A stretch of DNA of 64,000 bases from Nitrosopumilaceae archaeon (lineage in GTDB: Archaea; Thermoproteota; Nitrososphaeria; Nitrososphaerales; Nitrosopumilaceae). This document shows positions 19,745-29,428 of the stretch, piece by piece. The stretch spans positions 32,001 to 96,000 of the forward strand of contig OZ242376.1 in assembly GCA_965209085.1 (NCBI GenBank), read 5' to 3'. Positions within the stretch are counted from its first letter, which is position 1; each line of letters begins with the position of its first letter. The position numbers and the translations under genes were made by a program. The notes under the pieces are model-generated. The model searched no databases and was not told where the DNA came from. It worked only from the letters and a program-made list of their open reading frames with translations.

Positions 19745-21081
19745 AACATGTACTCTTAGAAATCCGCAAGCTTGTCACGCCCTCAAAATCTGCAGAAAAA
19801 CACAAAACCGACATTGCCAATAAAATTCTAAAACGCGTTTTAGAAGAGATTGACGGGTATGTGGAGATCAAGGATGTGGAGTTTGGCGGTTCGTATCCCA
19901 AAGGCACATGGTTACCTCAAAGCGCAGACATTGACATATTTGTAAAATTTGATCCAAAAGTTTCCGAGAAAAAATTTTCCAATATCACAATAGATGTCGG
20001 TAAAAAAGCACTTGCCGGATACAAACCATATCTGCGTTATTCGGATCATCCGTACGTGGAAGCGGTGGTCAAAGACACCAAAGTCAACGTGGTTCCATGT
20101 TATGCAGTCAAGCTAGGAGCATGGCAGAGCGCAGCCGACAGATCGCCGTTTCATACGGAATTTATGAAAAAAAATCTTACCGCATCTATGAAGTCGGATG
20201 TTAGAATTTTAAAACAGTTTTTGAGCTGTGCTAGAATATACGGTGCTGAGATATCCACACAGGGATTGAGCGGGTATGTGGCAGAGGTGCTAGTATACAA
20301 TTATAGAAATTTTGAAAAAGTGATCAGGGAAATGACGTGCGTTAAACGCGGTCATACAGTTGGCAACGCCACTAAAAAATTTGATACTCCAATAATTATC
20401 ATGGATCCGGTCGACTCAAAACGGAATTTAGCAGCTGCCGTTTCAGTTGAAAATATGGGCAAATTTGTTCTTCTTTGCAGGACGTTTTTGGAAAAACCGT
20501 CCACGTCGTTCTTTAAGCTAAGAAATACTCCAGTAAAAGCAGAAGGGCTGAAAAACTGCATAATGATAAAATTCAGATGCGGAGATAGGCCATCAGATAC
20601 CGTATGGGGTCAGCTAAAACGGGCGGCATCGGCTTTGGCATTACAGATGGAGGGAAACGGATTTGTGGTTGTACGATGCGGTGCATCCTCAGATTATGAT
20701 AAAAAACACGGGGCACTGCTGTATTTTATTTTAGAATCCACATCCATATCAGAAATGCGTACAAGAAAGGGACCAACATTTTTCAGCAAAAATGATGTTG
20801 CCGCATTTGTCGCAAAAAATATGAAAAAGTCACTTTCAATGTGGGTTGATTTGGAGGGAGATGTACGTATTTTGGAGAAAAGGGATACTAGTAACGCTGT
20901 GGAATTTCTAAGAAAGATTTTAAAATCAGATCTTGTAAAATCCGGCGTGCCAAAAGGTTTGCATAATGAGATAAGAGACGGATTTACTATTGCCGCAGGT
21001 TCAAAGTTGTTCAATGGTTTGGCAGGAAATGCGTTACGGGAGATTGTATCTGTAGATGAGAAGATATTTTCTGCCGATTAA
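19741..21081 (+). CDS. cca: Archaeal CCA-adding enzyme (class I)
   Basis: GSYPKGTWL..ADIDIF, YSDHPY, SAADRSPFHT, DPVD..RNLAAA. Confidence 0.95.
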   Translation: MKHVLLEIRKLVTPSKSAEKHKTDIANKILKRVLEEIDGYVEIKDVEFGGSYPKGTWLPQSADIDIFVKFDPKVSEKKFSNITIDVGKKALAGYKPYLRYSDHPYVEAVVKDTKVNVVPCYAVKLGAWQSAADRSPFHTEFMKKNLTASMKSDVRILKQFLSCARIYGAEISTQGLSGYVAEVLVYNYRNFEKVIREMTCVKRGHTVGNATKKFDTPIIIMDPVDSKRNLAAAVSVENMGKFVLLCRTFLEKPSTSFFKLRNTPVKAEGLKNCIMIKFRCGDRPSDTVWGQLKRAASALALQMEGNGFVVVRCGASSDYDKKHGALLYFILESTSISEMRTRKGPTFFSKNDVAAFVAKNMKKSLSMWVDLEGDVRILEKRDTSNAVEFLRKILKSDLVKSGVPKGLHNEIRDGFTIAAGSKLFNGLAGNALREIVSVDEKIFSAD

Positions 21082-21802
21082 CAGTCTCTCATCCAATCCG
21101 TATAATGCGGTGTTGGCATATCCACGTCCTACGGCGCGCCGTATCAAATCAAGAATAACCGAATTGGAAAAGATTGGGGTTGTTTCGGTGGCGTTTTGGG
21201 GGCCTGTACGTCTTGGCATGTTGGATGTTTTAGGTAAAGGGTATTCTGGAGTGGCCGTTCTTGCAAGATATGAGAAAAAAACCGCGGTTCTCAAGATTAG
21301 ACGTACCGACTCTAAGCGATCCACCCTGATTTCTGAGGCAAAAATGCTGAATGCGGCAAACGCTCTAGGTGTGGGTCCAAAGATTATGGTATACAGCAGA
21401 AATTTTGTCGTGATGGAGTATTTGCAGGGGCAGACCATAGGGAAATGGGCCAAGGACGGTGCGCTAGATAAAAGAAATGAGACACTTTGCACGGTACTAG
21501 AGGACTGTTACAAATTGGATGCCGGAGGGTTGGATCACGGCGAGCTGAGCAGAATCTCAAAGCATGCAATAATAGGAAAACATACGACACTGATAGATTT
21601 TGAGGGAGCTAGTAAAAAAAGAAGGGTTTCAAACGTGACTTCTGCCTCGCAAAGTCTATTCATTGGATCTTATACTGCAAAAATGCTTGGCAAAGTACGC
21701 AAAGTGCCAAGAAAATCAGCGCTTATTTCAGCTTTAAGATGCTACAAAGAAAACCCCGGAAGAGACACTTTTGAAGAACTACTTTGCGTGATGAGACTGT
21801 AA
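21056..21802 (+). CDS. Atypical Ser/Thr protein kinase (RIO/Bud32-like)
   Basis: LGKGYSG, LKIRR, GVGPK, HGEL, IDF. Confidence 0.85.
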   Translation: MRRYFLPINSLSSNPYNAVLAYPRPTARRIKSRITELEKIGVVSVAFWGPVRLGMLDVLGKGYSGVAVLARYEKKTAVLKIRRTDSKRSTLISEAKMLNAANALGVGPKIMVYSRNFVVMEYLQGQTIGKWAKDGALDKRNETLCTVLEDCYKLDAGGLDHGELSRISKHAIIGKHTTLIDFEGASKKRRVSNVTSASQSLFIGSYTAKMLGKVRKVPRKSALISALRCYKENPGRDTFEELLCVMRL

Positions 21803-21803
21803 T

Positions 21804-22393
21804 ATGGCAAAAGCGGAAGCGCATCTGCGTAAAGATAAAAAAATGACCAAAATTGTAAATTCTCTAGGACCGCACGCGATAAAAACAAGACGTGGAAAGT
21901 TTGAATCTTTGGTAAAGGCCATTATCACGCAGCAAATATCCGGCAGTGCTGCAAGATCAATAACGCGTCGGTTTTGTGAAGCGTACCGTCCTGCCAGATT
22001 CCAAAACCGGCAAATGTTGCAGCATCCTCTTACAAAAAATTAAAAACCTGCGGTCTCTCCGACATGAAGATACGGTACATCAAAAATCTTTCAAAAAACA
22101 TAGCCTCCAACCAGCTTCGTCTTGCCAGTCTCTCAAAGCTGCCGGATGAAAAAGTCATAGAAGTGCTCTGCGCACAGGATGGCATAGGACGGTGGACTGC
22201 TGAGATGTTTCTCATGTTTACGCTTGGAAGAGAAGATATTATGCCGGCAGGTGACCTTGGAGTCAGAAAAGGGGTAAAAATTCTGTATTCGCTCTCCGAG
22301 ATGCCCAGTGAAAAACGCGTACTAGAGATTGCCGAAAAATGGAGGCCGTATCGTACCGCCGCCACGTGGTATCTTTGGGAATGCCAGAGATAA
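21804..22393 (+). pseudogene. alkA: AlkA-type DNA-3-methyladenine glycosylase, frameshifted
   Basis: 5' ORF has FESLVKAIITQQIS; 3' ORF has HhH GIGRWTAEMFL..GDLGVR..WRPYRT; one base missing near 21998-22001. Confidence 0.8.
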
Positions 22394-22397
22394 AAGA

Positions 22398-22475
22398 TGG
22401 TGGGACCGGCAGGATTTGAACCTGCGACCTCTAGCACCCCAGGCTAGCATCATAGCCAATCTAGACGACGGCCCC
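22398..22475 (-). tRNA. tRNA-Pro(GGG), 3' CCA encoded
   Basis: GGGGCCG/CGGTCCC acceptor stem, CTAGC-CTGGGGT-GCTAG anticodon arm, GGTTCAAATCC T-arm, ACCA end. Confidence 0.96.
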
Positions 22476-22508
22476 TTGCATAAACGCCCATAATGAAATT
22501 ATTAAATT

Positions 22509-22730
22509 GTGGTATTAACATCAGAATGCATGAACTGTTCTCTATGTGGTAAAATATCAGGAACAGGCAAAGATCATGTGGACTGTGTTGAAAAGAGGAG
22601 GATAGAGATGGAGGATCAAAATTTTAAACTTGGCATTCCTGAAAGATTGGATCTTGCAAAAAATTCCGATGATATGGCAACAGAAATTAAAGCCATTTTG
22701 CACCATATGAAAAAAGATGACGCCTCTTAG
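22509..22730 (+). CDS. Small hypothetical protein (CxxC...H..C)
   Basis: 73-aa ORF with CSLC and HVDC; start may be ATG ~22530. Confidence 0.6.
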   Translation: MVLTSECMNCSLCGKISGTGKDHVDCVEKRRIEMEDQNFKLGIPERLDLAKNSDDMATEIKAILHHMKKDDAS

Positions 22731-23269
22731 ATTTCTTTAATTATGTCGTATTCGATGTGTCCGGCAATATACAGGATTGCGATCATTATGCAGATTTCAA
22801 CGGCAGTATACAGTGCATCTTTTTTTAAATTGGATTTTTTAACTAGTGTTTTTACCAACAGGGCGCTGCGTGAAATTGCAATAGAATATGCGACCAGCTC
22901 CAAAATACCAAACGAGGTGAAAAATATTTCAAACGATGTAAATGGAAGATCAGGATTCAGCTGCAAAATTGATGCAAAGGCATAACCGGTGGCGGATGCA
23001 GATATCATTCCCCAAACGGCGCCAAAGCCTGGTATGAACATCAATAATGCCAAAAATACATTGTGTGCAAATATTCCGTCCCCGTCTAGTCCGTCCACCA
23101 TCTGACCAAACTCTTTGACTAGTTTGTTGGCATTTTCAGTATCCACTTGAAATTCGGATATGATAATAAACAAGCCCAAAAAAGCTGCCATTGCGGAAAA
23201 AAAGAATACTGTACGTATCAGCAATGCAGTACAGTTTACAGATCTATTGCACAAGTCCAAGTAGATCAC
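22727..23269 (-). CDS. SpoIIM-like membrane protein
   Basis: IFAHN, FIPGFG, GILEL.AY, AGHIE motifs; start uncertain. Confidence 0.8.
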   Translation of the reverse strand: MIYLDLCNRSVNCTALLIRTVFFFSAMAAFLGLFIIISEFQVDTENANKLVKEFGQMVDGLDGDGIFAHNVFLALLMFIPGFGAVWGMISASATGYAFASILQLNPDLPFTSFEIFFTSFGILELVAYSIAISRSALLVKTLVKKSNLKKDALYTAVEICIMIAILYIAGHIEYDIIKEI

Positions 23270-24566
23270 GGTACAGTTTGACGGCTCCGTCTTTGTCCTT
23301 TGCGCCCACTATTACGGCCGAACCGCGGTTCATAAAGCTGACAGATACCTCATCGGTACGCAATGAGAGTCCCATGTTTCCCTGATTTTCCACCTGAAAT
23401 CCTTTCGAAACCGCAGTCTGGCTTACTTTTGAAACATCAAGTGCAAACATCTCTGGAGGCGTAAGTGAAAACGTGCGTTTTCCGCGGTTGCGTCCGCACA
23501 TCTCCTCTATCATCATCTCTGTTGTTGGCGATACGTTCTCTTTGCCGCTGCCGCATACGGGACATTCTTCCTGACAGAACGTACGTGTAAATGAAAAATC
23601 TAGATTTTCCAAATCCACGTGCAATATGCGATTAGAGAGGCTAGGTTTTTGGCCCAAAATAATTTTGACCGCTTCAGTTACCTGGATTGCTCCGATGATG
23701 GAGAGTATCGGCGGGTGCACACCCTCTATTGAGCATGTGGGCATTGAATCCTCATCTAGTGCCGGAAACATGCAATGATAACATGCTGATTCATCGGGCA
23801 TTACGGTAAATACCTGTCCGGATATTCCAACAGCTGCGCCTGTAACAAACGGTATCTTTTGTTTGGAACATGCCCTATTCAGCGAATATCTGGCGTTGAC
23901 GCTGTCTAGTGCGTCAATTACCACGTCGCAGTCCTTGATTACTTCAAGCGCGGTATGATCATTTATCGATATCGGGAAAGCTTCAATGTTGCACTCAGAA
24001 TTCATTTTTTTCAGTTTGTTGGCCACAGCTTCAACTTTTACCTTGCCCACATCTGATTCTTCAAAGAGTGTCTGTCTGTGCAGGTTGGAGAGCTCGATTA
24101 CATCGCGGTCGATTATGCGTAACGTTCCAATGCCCATTGCGGTAAGACGCGAGATTATCGGATGTCCAAGACCTCCGGTTCCTATGACGCACACACGGGC
24201 ATTGCGCAGTTTTATCTGACCATTGTATCCTATCTCTTCTAGCATTATCTGCCTTGAATATCTGTCCATTTCTTTTGCCGACATTCCCTCGCCTCCCGCT
24301 ACTGCGGGAAGTACGTATACGTCATCGCCGTCGGTCAGTATGGATTTTAATCCGTCTCCAAACTTTGAATTTTTTCCATTTATGTACACGTTGATCAGAG
24401 AGCGAGGAGTTTTCGGAGATTCCATAACCCGGCGTTCAAAGTCCTCTCCCATGATTTTGCAGATTTGGGCGAACGCGTCAGTTAAATCCAATACTTCCAA
24501 TTCGAGTTTTTTTTCACCCCCTCCGGAATTTAGCACGGACGGAATTGTAAATGTGATCTTTGTCAT
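23244..24566 (-). CDS. MoaD/ThiS (SAMP-like) domain fused to MoeB/ThiF E1-like adenylyltransferase
   Basis: N-terminal beta-grasp ending LPAVAGG; RYSRQ, GTGGLG, DRDVIELSNLHRQ, CYHC...CPVC. Confidence 0.92.
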   Translation of the reverse strand: MTKITFTIPSVLNSGGGEKKLELEVLDLTDAFAQICKIMGEDFERRVMESPKTPRSLINVYINGKNSKFGDGLKSILTDGDDVYVLPAVAGGEGMSAKEMDRYSRQIMLEEIGYNGQIKLRNARVCVIGTGGLGHPIISRLTAMGIGTLRIIDRDVIELSNLHRQTLFEESDVGKVKVEAVANKLKKMNSECNIEAFPISINDHTALEVIKDCDVVIDALDSVNARYSLNRACSKQKIPFVTGAAVGISGQVFTVMPDESACYHCMFPALDEDSMPTCSIEGVHPPILSIIGAIQVTEAVKIILGQKPSLSNRILHVDLENLDFSFTRTFCQEECPVCGSGKENVSPTTEMMIEEMCGRNRGKRTFSLTPPEMFALDVSKVSQTAVSKGFQVENQGNMGLSLRTDEVSVSFMNRGSAVIVGAKDKDGAVKLYRDLLGLVQ

Positions 24567-25781
24567 TTATTTTATCACTGCCAGTATTTTTTCATCGTCT
24601 GCGTTTATAGTCTGTGGTACGGGTAAAATATCCATTAGCGGTTCTGTAGATTTAAGACCATTGCCTGTAACATAGCATACTACAGTTTCCGTGCGGTCTA
24701 TGAGGTTTTCTTCGGCCATTTTTTGAAGTACTGAAACGGAAACGCCTCCTGCAGGTTCTGTAAATATTCCTTCGGTTTTTGCAAGAGTCAGTATGGCATC
24801 TAGGATCTCAGTGTCGGTGGTTTCAGCTGCATGGCCGTTGTACTGTTGAATTCGCTGCAGGACGTACTTGCCGTCGCCCGGATCTCCTATGGCCAGACTT
24901 TTTGCAACAGTATTTGGTTTTTCAACAGGCTTTACCTCGGTCTTGTTTTTGTATGCGTCAACTATGGGCGCGCATCCGTGCGGCTGTGCTGCAGTAACGT
25001 GCATATTTTCAACCTTTTTCAAAAGAGAGGCAGATTCCAGCTCTTCAAATCCTTTGCATATGGCGTTAAGCATTGCGCCGCTGCCTACCGGCACTATCAG
25101 ATGATCCGGAACTTTCCATCCAAGCTGTTCAGCTGCCTCATATGCAAGTGTCTTTGATCCTTCCACATAGTAGGATCGCATGTTGATGTTTACTATGCCG
25201 ATTCCGTGGCGGTCTCCGGCTGTTGCCGCCATGCGGTTTGCATCATCATATGTGCCGTTTATCGCATGATATTCTGCGCCATACGAGAGAGCCTGTGTAA
25301 TCTTTACGCGCTCAATGTCTGCTGGTGCAAATATGTGACATGGCAATCCGGCTTTGGCTGCGTGTGCGGCAGTAGCAGATGCCAAGTTACCAGTTGATGC
25401 GCATCCCACCGATGAGAGTCCAAACTCCACTGCTTTGGAGACTGCCACCCCGGCAGGCCGGTCTTTGAATGAAAATGTGGGATTTACCGAATCATTTTTG
25501 ATGTACAGATTATCAAGTCCCAGTTTGGCTCCAAGTTTTTTGGCGTGTACAAGAGGAGTCATACCCGCACTAATACTTACAATGTTTGATTTCTCAAGTA
25601 TGGGTAAAAGTTCGTGGTATCTCCAGTAAGTCTGTTCCCTGCCGGCAAAATGATCCCGATCTATACGGATTTGCGAATACTTTACGTCAAGTGGACCAAA
25701 GCATTCATCGCATACGTAACGAAATTCCGGCTTATACTCTTTTTTACATTCCCTGCATTGCAATGTTATACTCTTTGCCAA
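24567..25781 (-). CDS. thrC: Threonine synthase (fold-type II PLP)
   Basis: N-terminal CxxC pairs, NPTFSFKDR, ASTGN, EGSKTLAYE, TGNGLK. Confidence 0.88.
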   Translation of the reverse strand: MAKSITLQCRECKKEYKPEFRYVCDECFGPLDVKYSQIRIDRDHFAGREQTYWRYHELLPILEKSNIVSISAGMTPLVHAKKLGAKLGLDNLYIKNDSVNPTFSFKDRPAGVAVSKAVEFGLSSVGCASTGNLASATAAHAAKAGLPCHIFAPADIERVKITQALSYGAEYHAINGTYDDANRMAATAGDRHGIGIVNINMRSYYVEGSKTLAYEAAEQLGWKVPDHLIVPVGSGAMLNAICKGFEELESASLLKKVENMHVTAAQPHGCAPIVDAYKNKTEVKPVEKPNTVAKSLAIGDPGDGKYVLQRIQQYNGHAAETTDTEILDAILTLAKTEGIFTEPAGGVSVSVLQKMAEENLIDRTETVVCYVTGNGLKSTEPLMDILPVPQTINADDEKILAVIK

Positions 25782-25827
25782 CTGTTCAAATCTCTAAAAT
25801 CCACATATCAAAGATCCTAATATCAAG

Positions 25828-25878
25828 TTAAGTAATACTTAATTTATTCATGTATGATATTTAGTGTTATATTATAAC
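25828..25878. promoter_or_regulatory. Palindromic operator-like sites in divergent promoter region upstream of thrC
   Basis: TTAAGTA-A-TACTTAA (25828-25842) and GTTATA-T-TATAAC (25866-25878). Confidence 0.4.
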
Positions 25879-25919
25879 GATATGGATATAACCAAAATAT
25901 GCGTAAAATCGCTATACGC

Positions 25920-26342
25920 ATGAATGGAAAAATTGTGGCACTAGTGGTGATAGGGACTGTTGTGGCACTAGGCATAGCAGCAGCAGCTGTACTCTCGATA
26001 CCTCAGGGACCAGTTACGTTTGATAGTGACAAATATCTTCTAGGCGAGAATATTTTCATCAAAGTACGCGGTATACAGGCAAATGAAAAAGGGAATATTA
26101 TGATTTTCACCCCCATGGATGTGGTATACATGACAAAACAGTACGACGGATCCTTGGTATCGGATTTCAACTTTTACTTTACACCTGATACTGTCAAACA
26201 CAGAAAAATCTGCACTCCTGAAGAGCTTGTGGGAAAATGGAAGGTGGTAATAGGGGATAGCAAAACGTATCCACCGGCGTATTTTGAGGTAACAGATAAA
26301 ATCCTAAAAGGGTTTGAAAAACATCTAAATGTTGTCTGTTAG
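25920..26342 (+). CDS. Membrane-anchored hypothetical protein
   Basis: N-terminal TM helix followed by beta-rich domain. Confidence 0.7.
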   Translation: MNGKIVALVVIGTVVALGIAAAAVLSIPQGPVTFDSDKYLLGENIFIKVRGIQANEKGNIMIFTPMDVVYMTKQYDGSLVSDFNFYFTPDTVKHRKICTPEELVGKWKVVIGDSKTYPPAYFEVTDKILKGFEKHLNVVC

Positions 26343-26347
26343 TAAAA

Positions 26348-26923
26348 TCATTGGTGTTTCTTGACATATCTGTCCACAAAATATTTCTCCTCAAATATGT
26401 ACAAAAATTTTCCATGCTCGGAGATCTTTGTTTTTTGATCCTCTCCGCCCCTGTATACTATTGATAGGAGACATTTTGAATCATATCCTTCGGATTTTAC
26501 CGCATTCAAAGCTTCCACTGCAGAACCGCCGCTGGTTATTACATCATCCACAATGGCAACAGGACTCTGCGGTCTGCCCTCTATGCGTTTTTTTGCGCCG
26601 TGTGATTTTGCCTGTTTGCGCACGTAAAATGACGTCAGAGGTAAGGAGGGATTTTCCGCATAGCTGTACTGTGAAATTGCCGCGGCAAGTGATATTGAGC
26701 CGGATTCAAGACCGCCGACTGATTTTATTCCGCCGATCTTGGAGATCATTTTGTACATAAGATGTGCTATTGCAGTTATGCCTTCTGCATCTCCGCTTAC
26801 CTGGCGCAGATCAAAGTAAAAATTTGATTTGGCCCCAGAAGCAAGCGTAAAAGGCTCGTTTGAATACGAGATTGCGTGCTTTTCAATTAGGTTTGCAAGT
26901 CTGGATCGTTCCCCTTCCATCAA
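26348..26923 (-). CDS. pyrE: Orotate phosphoribosyltransferase
   Basis: FTLASGAKSNFYFD, RKQAKSHG, IVDDVITSGGS PRPP loop. Confidence 0.92.
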   Translation of the reverse strand: MMEGERSRLANLIEKHAISYSNEPFTLASGAKSNFYFDLRQVSGDAEGITAIAHLMYKMISKIGGIKSVGGLESGSISLAAAISQYSYAENPSLPLTSFYVRKQAKSHGAKKRIEGRPQSPVAIVDDVITSGGSAVEALNAVKSEGYDSKCLLSIVYRGGEDQKTKISEHGKFLYIFEEKYFVDRYVKKHQ

Positions 26924-26954
26924 GGAATTTACAGTCGAGGTCTTGTATTATCCT

Positions 26955-27296
26955 TTATCGGAGCGTATTGTGAAAACACGTACCCTGACCCGTATGACAG
27001 GCAGGACCGGACGGTTTTACCAGATATACTAGGGCATCAAAATCACAGTCCACGAGTATCTCTTTTATTTTCTGAGTGTTGCCGGATTCCTCACCCTTCA
27101 TCCACAGTTTGTTTCTAGATCTGCTCCAAAACCAGGAATTGCCGGTTTTTTTGGCAAGATCCAATGCCTCCTTGTTGGCATATGCTAGAGTGAGAACTTT
27201 GAGTGTGTCAGCATCCTGCACTATTACCGGTACAATGCCGCCGCTTTTTTTAAAATCAATCTCTCCGACTTTTTTTTCCATACAAAAAACAGACAA
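26955..27296 (-). CDS. hisI: Phosphoribosyl-AMP cyclohydrolase
   Basis: WSRSR.KLW.KGEESGN, DCDFD, ACHTG..TCF. Confidence 0.95.
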   Translation of the reverse strand: MSVFCMEKKVGEIDFKKSGGIVPVIVQDADTLKVLTLAYANKEALDLAKKTGNSWFWSRSRNKLWMKGEESGNTQKIKEILVDCDFDALVYLVKPSGPACHTGQGTCFHNTLR

Positions 27297-27303
27297 TTAT
27301 CCG

Positions 27304-28122
27304 TTATAACATTTTATCGTATACGGGTCTTATGGATATGCCCTGATCTTTTAGAAACTGTTTTGCCGCACGCAGACCGTATGAATCATAATGAAAGATT
27401 GACGCTGCCAAGGCCGCATCCGCGCCAGAATTTTGCAGTACGTCTGCCATATGCTGCAAAGTGCCGCAGCCTCCTGAAGCGATGACGGGGATGGAAACTG
27501 ATTCAGAAACGGCTTTTGTCAGGGTGATTTCATATCCGTTTTTTGTTCCGTCAGCATCAATGCTTGTTAACAGTATCTCCCCTGCACCCATCATGGCGGC
27601 TTTTTTTGCCCAGGTTATGGCATCGATGCCGGTAGATTTTTTGCCGCCATACATAAAAACTTCGTACCAAAAAGTTTTCCCGTCTTGCTCAAAAGTTGCA
27701 GCACTTTTGGAATCTGTATAGTTGCGTTTTGCATCGATTGCGACAACTATGCACTGTCTGCCAAATATCTCCATTAATTCCGTAAGCAGGTGGGGGTTTT
27801 TCACAGCTCCTGTATTAACTCCCACTTTGTCAGCTCCTGAGAAAAGTATGTCGCGCGCATGCCGGACTTGGCTGACTCCGCCGCCCACGGTAAACGGTAT
27901 GTCTATTACTTTTGCAATATTCTGTACAAGACTCTTTAGCGTTTCTCTGCCCTGCTCTGAGGCAGTTATGTCCAAAAAGACAAGCTCATCTGCCCCATCG
28001 TCGCTGTATTTTTTTGCAAGCTCGACCGGATCGCCTGCATCGCGCAATGATTCAAAGTTTAATCCCTTTACGACGCGTCCATTAGATACGTCCAGACACG
28101 GTATGATCCTCTTTGTCAGCAT
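27304..28122 (-). CDS. hisF: Imidazole glycerol phosphate synthase subunit HisF
   Basis: MLTKRIIPCLDV, GADELVFLDITAS, ASGGCG, LAASIFH. Confidence 0.96.
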   Translation of the reverse strand: MLTKRIIPCLDVSNGRVVKGLNFESLRDAGDPVELAKKYSDDGADELVFLDITASEQGRETLKSLVQNIAKVIDIPFTVGGGVSQVRHARDILFSGADKVGVNTGAVKNPHLLTELMEIFGRQCIVVAIDAKRNYTDSKSAATFEQDGKTFWYEVFMYGGKKSTGIDAITWAKKAAMMGAGEILLTSIDADGTKNGYEITLTKAVSESVSIPVIASGGCGTLQHMADVLQNSGADAALAASIFHYDSYGLRAAKQFLKDQGISIRPVYDKML

Positions 28123-28829
28123 TCTGCCAGGGCCTCTCTCACGGTAATCCTGTTTTCGTATAGTGCTTTGCCCAGCATTACAGCAGAGGCTCCGCATTCT
28201 TTTACAAGCCGTACATCTTCTATTCCGGATATTCCACCGCTTGCTATGGTTTTAGCGCCTGTAGCAACCACATCGCGCAAACCTTTGATGTCAGGACCTT
28301 CCAAAGTACCGTCACAGGAGACATTTGTTAAGAGAAAATTGGTAAATCCCATTTGCATAAATTCTTTCACACCGTTTAGCAGCCTTATTCCGGTGCTAGA
28401 CTGCCAGCCGTTTATCATGATGATTCCATCACGGTGATCTACGGATATTGTCAGACGATTTGATCCATATTTGGCGTATGCCTCGCGCAGAGCGGGTTTG
28501 TCCTTGAATGCAAGTGTACCAAGTACGAGTGAATCGGCACACGATGCAACGTTGTTGATAATTTCGGTGTTACGCAAACCTCCTGCAATCTGCACCGGCA
28601 CGTCCACTGCTAGTGCAATCTCCCGGATTATATTCAGATTTGAGCCGCGTGCAAGCGTTGCATCCAAATCCACTATGTGCAACATGTGCGCCCCTTCTTT
28701 GGCCCACCGTTTTGCCATTGCTACAGGGTCATCCCCATATATGGTGGATTCGTTTGGATTGCCTCGCAGCAGTCGCACAACTTTGCCGTCCATTATGTCA
28801 ACTGCGGCTATCGCTTTCATTTTTGACAC
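28116..28829 (-). CDS. hisA: ProFAR isomerase
   Basis: AVDIMDGKVVRL, HIVDLD, GGLR, DGTLEGPD, ASGGI. Confidence 0.95.
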   Translation of the reverse strand: MSKMKAIAAVDIMDGKVVRLLRGNPNESTIYGDDPVAMAKRWAKEGAHMLHIVDLDATLARGSNLNIIREIALAVDVPVQIAGGLRNTEIINNVASCADSLVLGTLAFKDKPALREAYAKYGSNRLTISVDHRDGIIMINGWQSSTGIRLLNGVKEFMQMGFTNFLLTNVSCDGTLEGPDIKGLRDVVATGAKTIASGGISGIEDVRLVKECGASAVMLGKALYENRITVREALAEC

Positions 28830-29428
28830 TCCTGCAGAAAATTTTCAAGCATATGTTTTCCCGTTTTACCTGATTTTTCCGGATGAAACTGGGTTCCATA
28901 CAGCGAGCCTGATTCCACGATTGCCGGCACCTGTGTTCCGTAATCCGCCGTTGCCTTTATGATTTTAGGATCTTTAGGATTTACCCTATACGAGTGCACA
29001 AAATACGCCCAAATTTTTTCATCCTTTATTCCCGCCAAAAGTTTTGAATCTCCCTGTATCTCCAGATTGTTCCATCCCATGTGCGGCACTTTTATTGTAT
29101 CCGGCAGCAAAACCACGTCACCTTTGATTGCGGCGAATCCGGGCTCTTTTCCTTCCTGACTCTGCTCAAAATACATCTCCATACCAAGACAAATTCCCAG
29201 CACCGGGACGGATTCTCCGATACTCTCCTGAAATGGAACATTCGAATCTCCGCGTATGTTTTTCATCGCAGGATCAAAATTTCCCACTCCCGGAAGTAAA
29301 AGACCGGACGATTTTTTTGCATCATTTAGATCATGTATTATTTTTACTTCCGCGCCGCTCCTCTCTAGGGCGTTTTTTAAACTGAATATGTTACCTGCGC
29401 CATAATCAAATATCGCCACACGTGGCAA
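28817..29428 (-). CDS. hisH: IGP synthase glutaminase subunit
   Basis: DYGAGN, PGVG, GICLG, PHMGWN, QFHPEKS. Confidence 0.96.
   Translation of the reverse strand: MPRVAIFDYGAGNIFSLKNALERSGAEVKIIHDLNDAKKSSGLLLPGVGNFDPAMKNIRGDSNVPFQESIGESVPVLGICLGMEMYFEQSQEGKEPGFAAIKGDVVLLPDTIKVPHMGWNNLEIQGDSKLLAGIKDEKIWAYFVHSYRVNPKDPKIIKATADYGTQVPAIVESGSLYGTQFHPEKSGKTGKHMLENFLQECQK

Noticed and set aside
22030-22437. Minus-strand 135-aa ORF
   Set aside because: Starts inside the tRNA gene and is antisense to alkA
22398-22475. tRNA-Pro as an integration (att) site
   Set aside because: No duplicate of its 3' end noticed in the window and no integrase nearby
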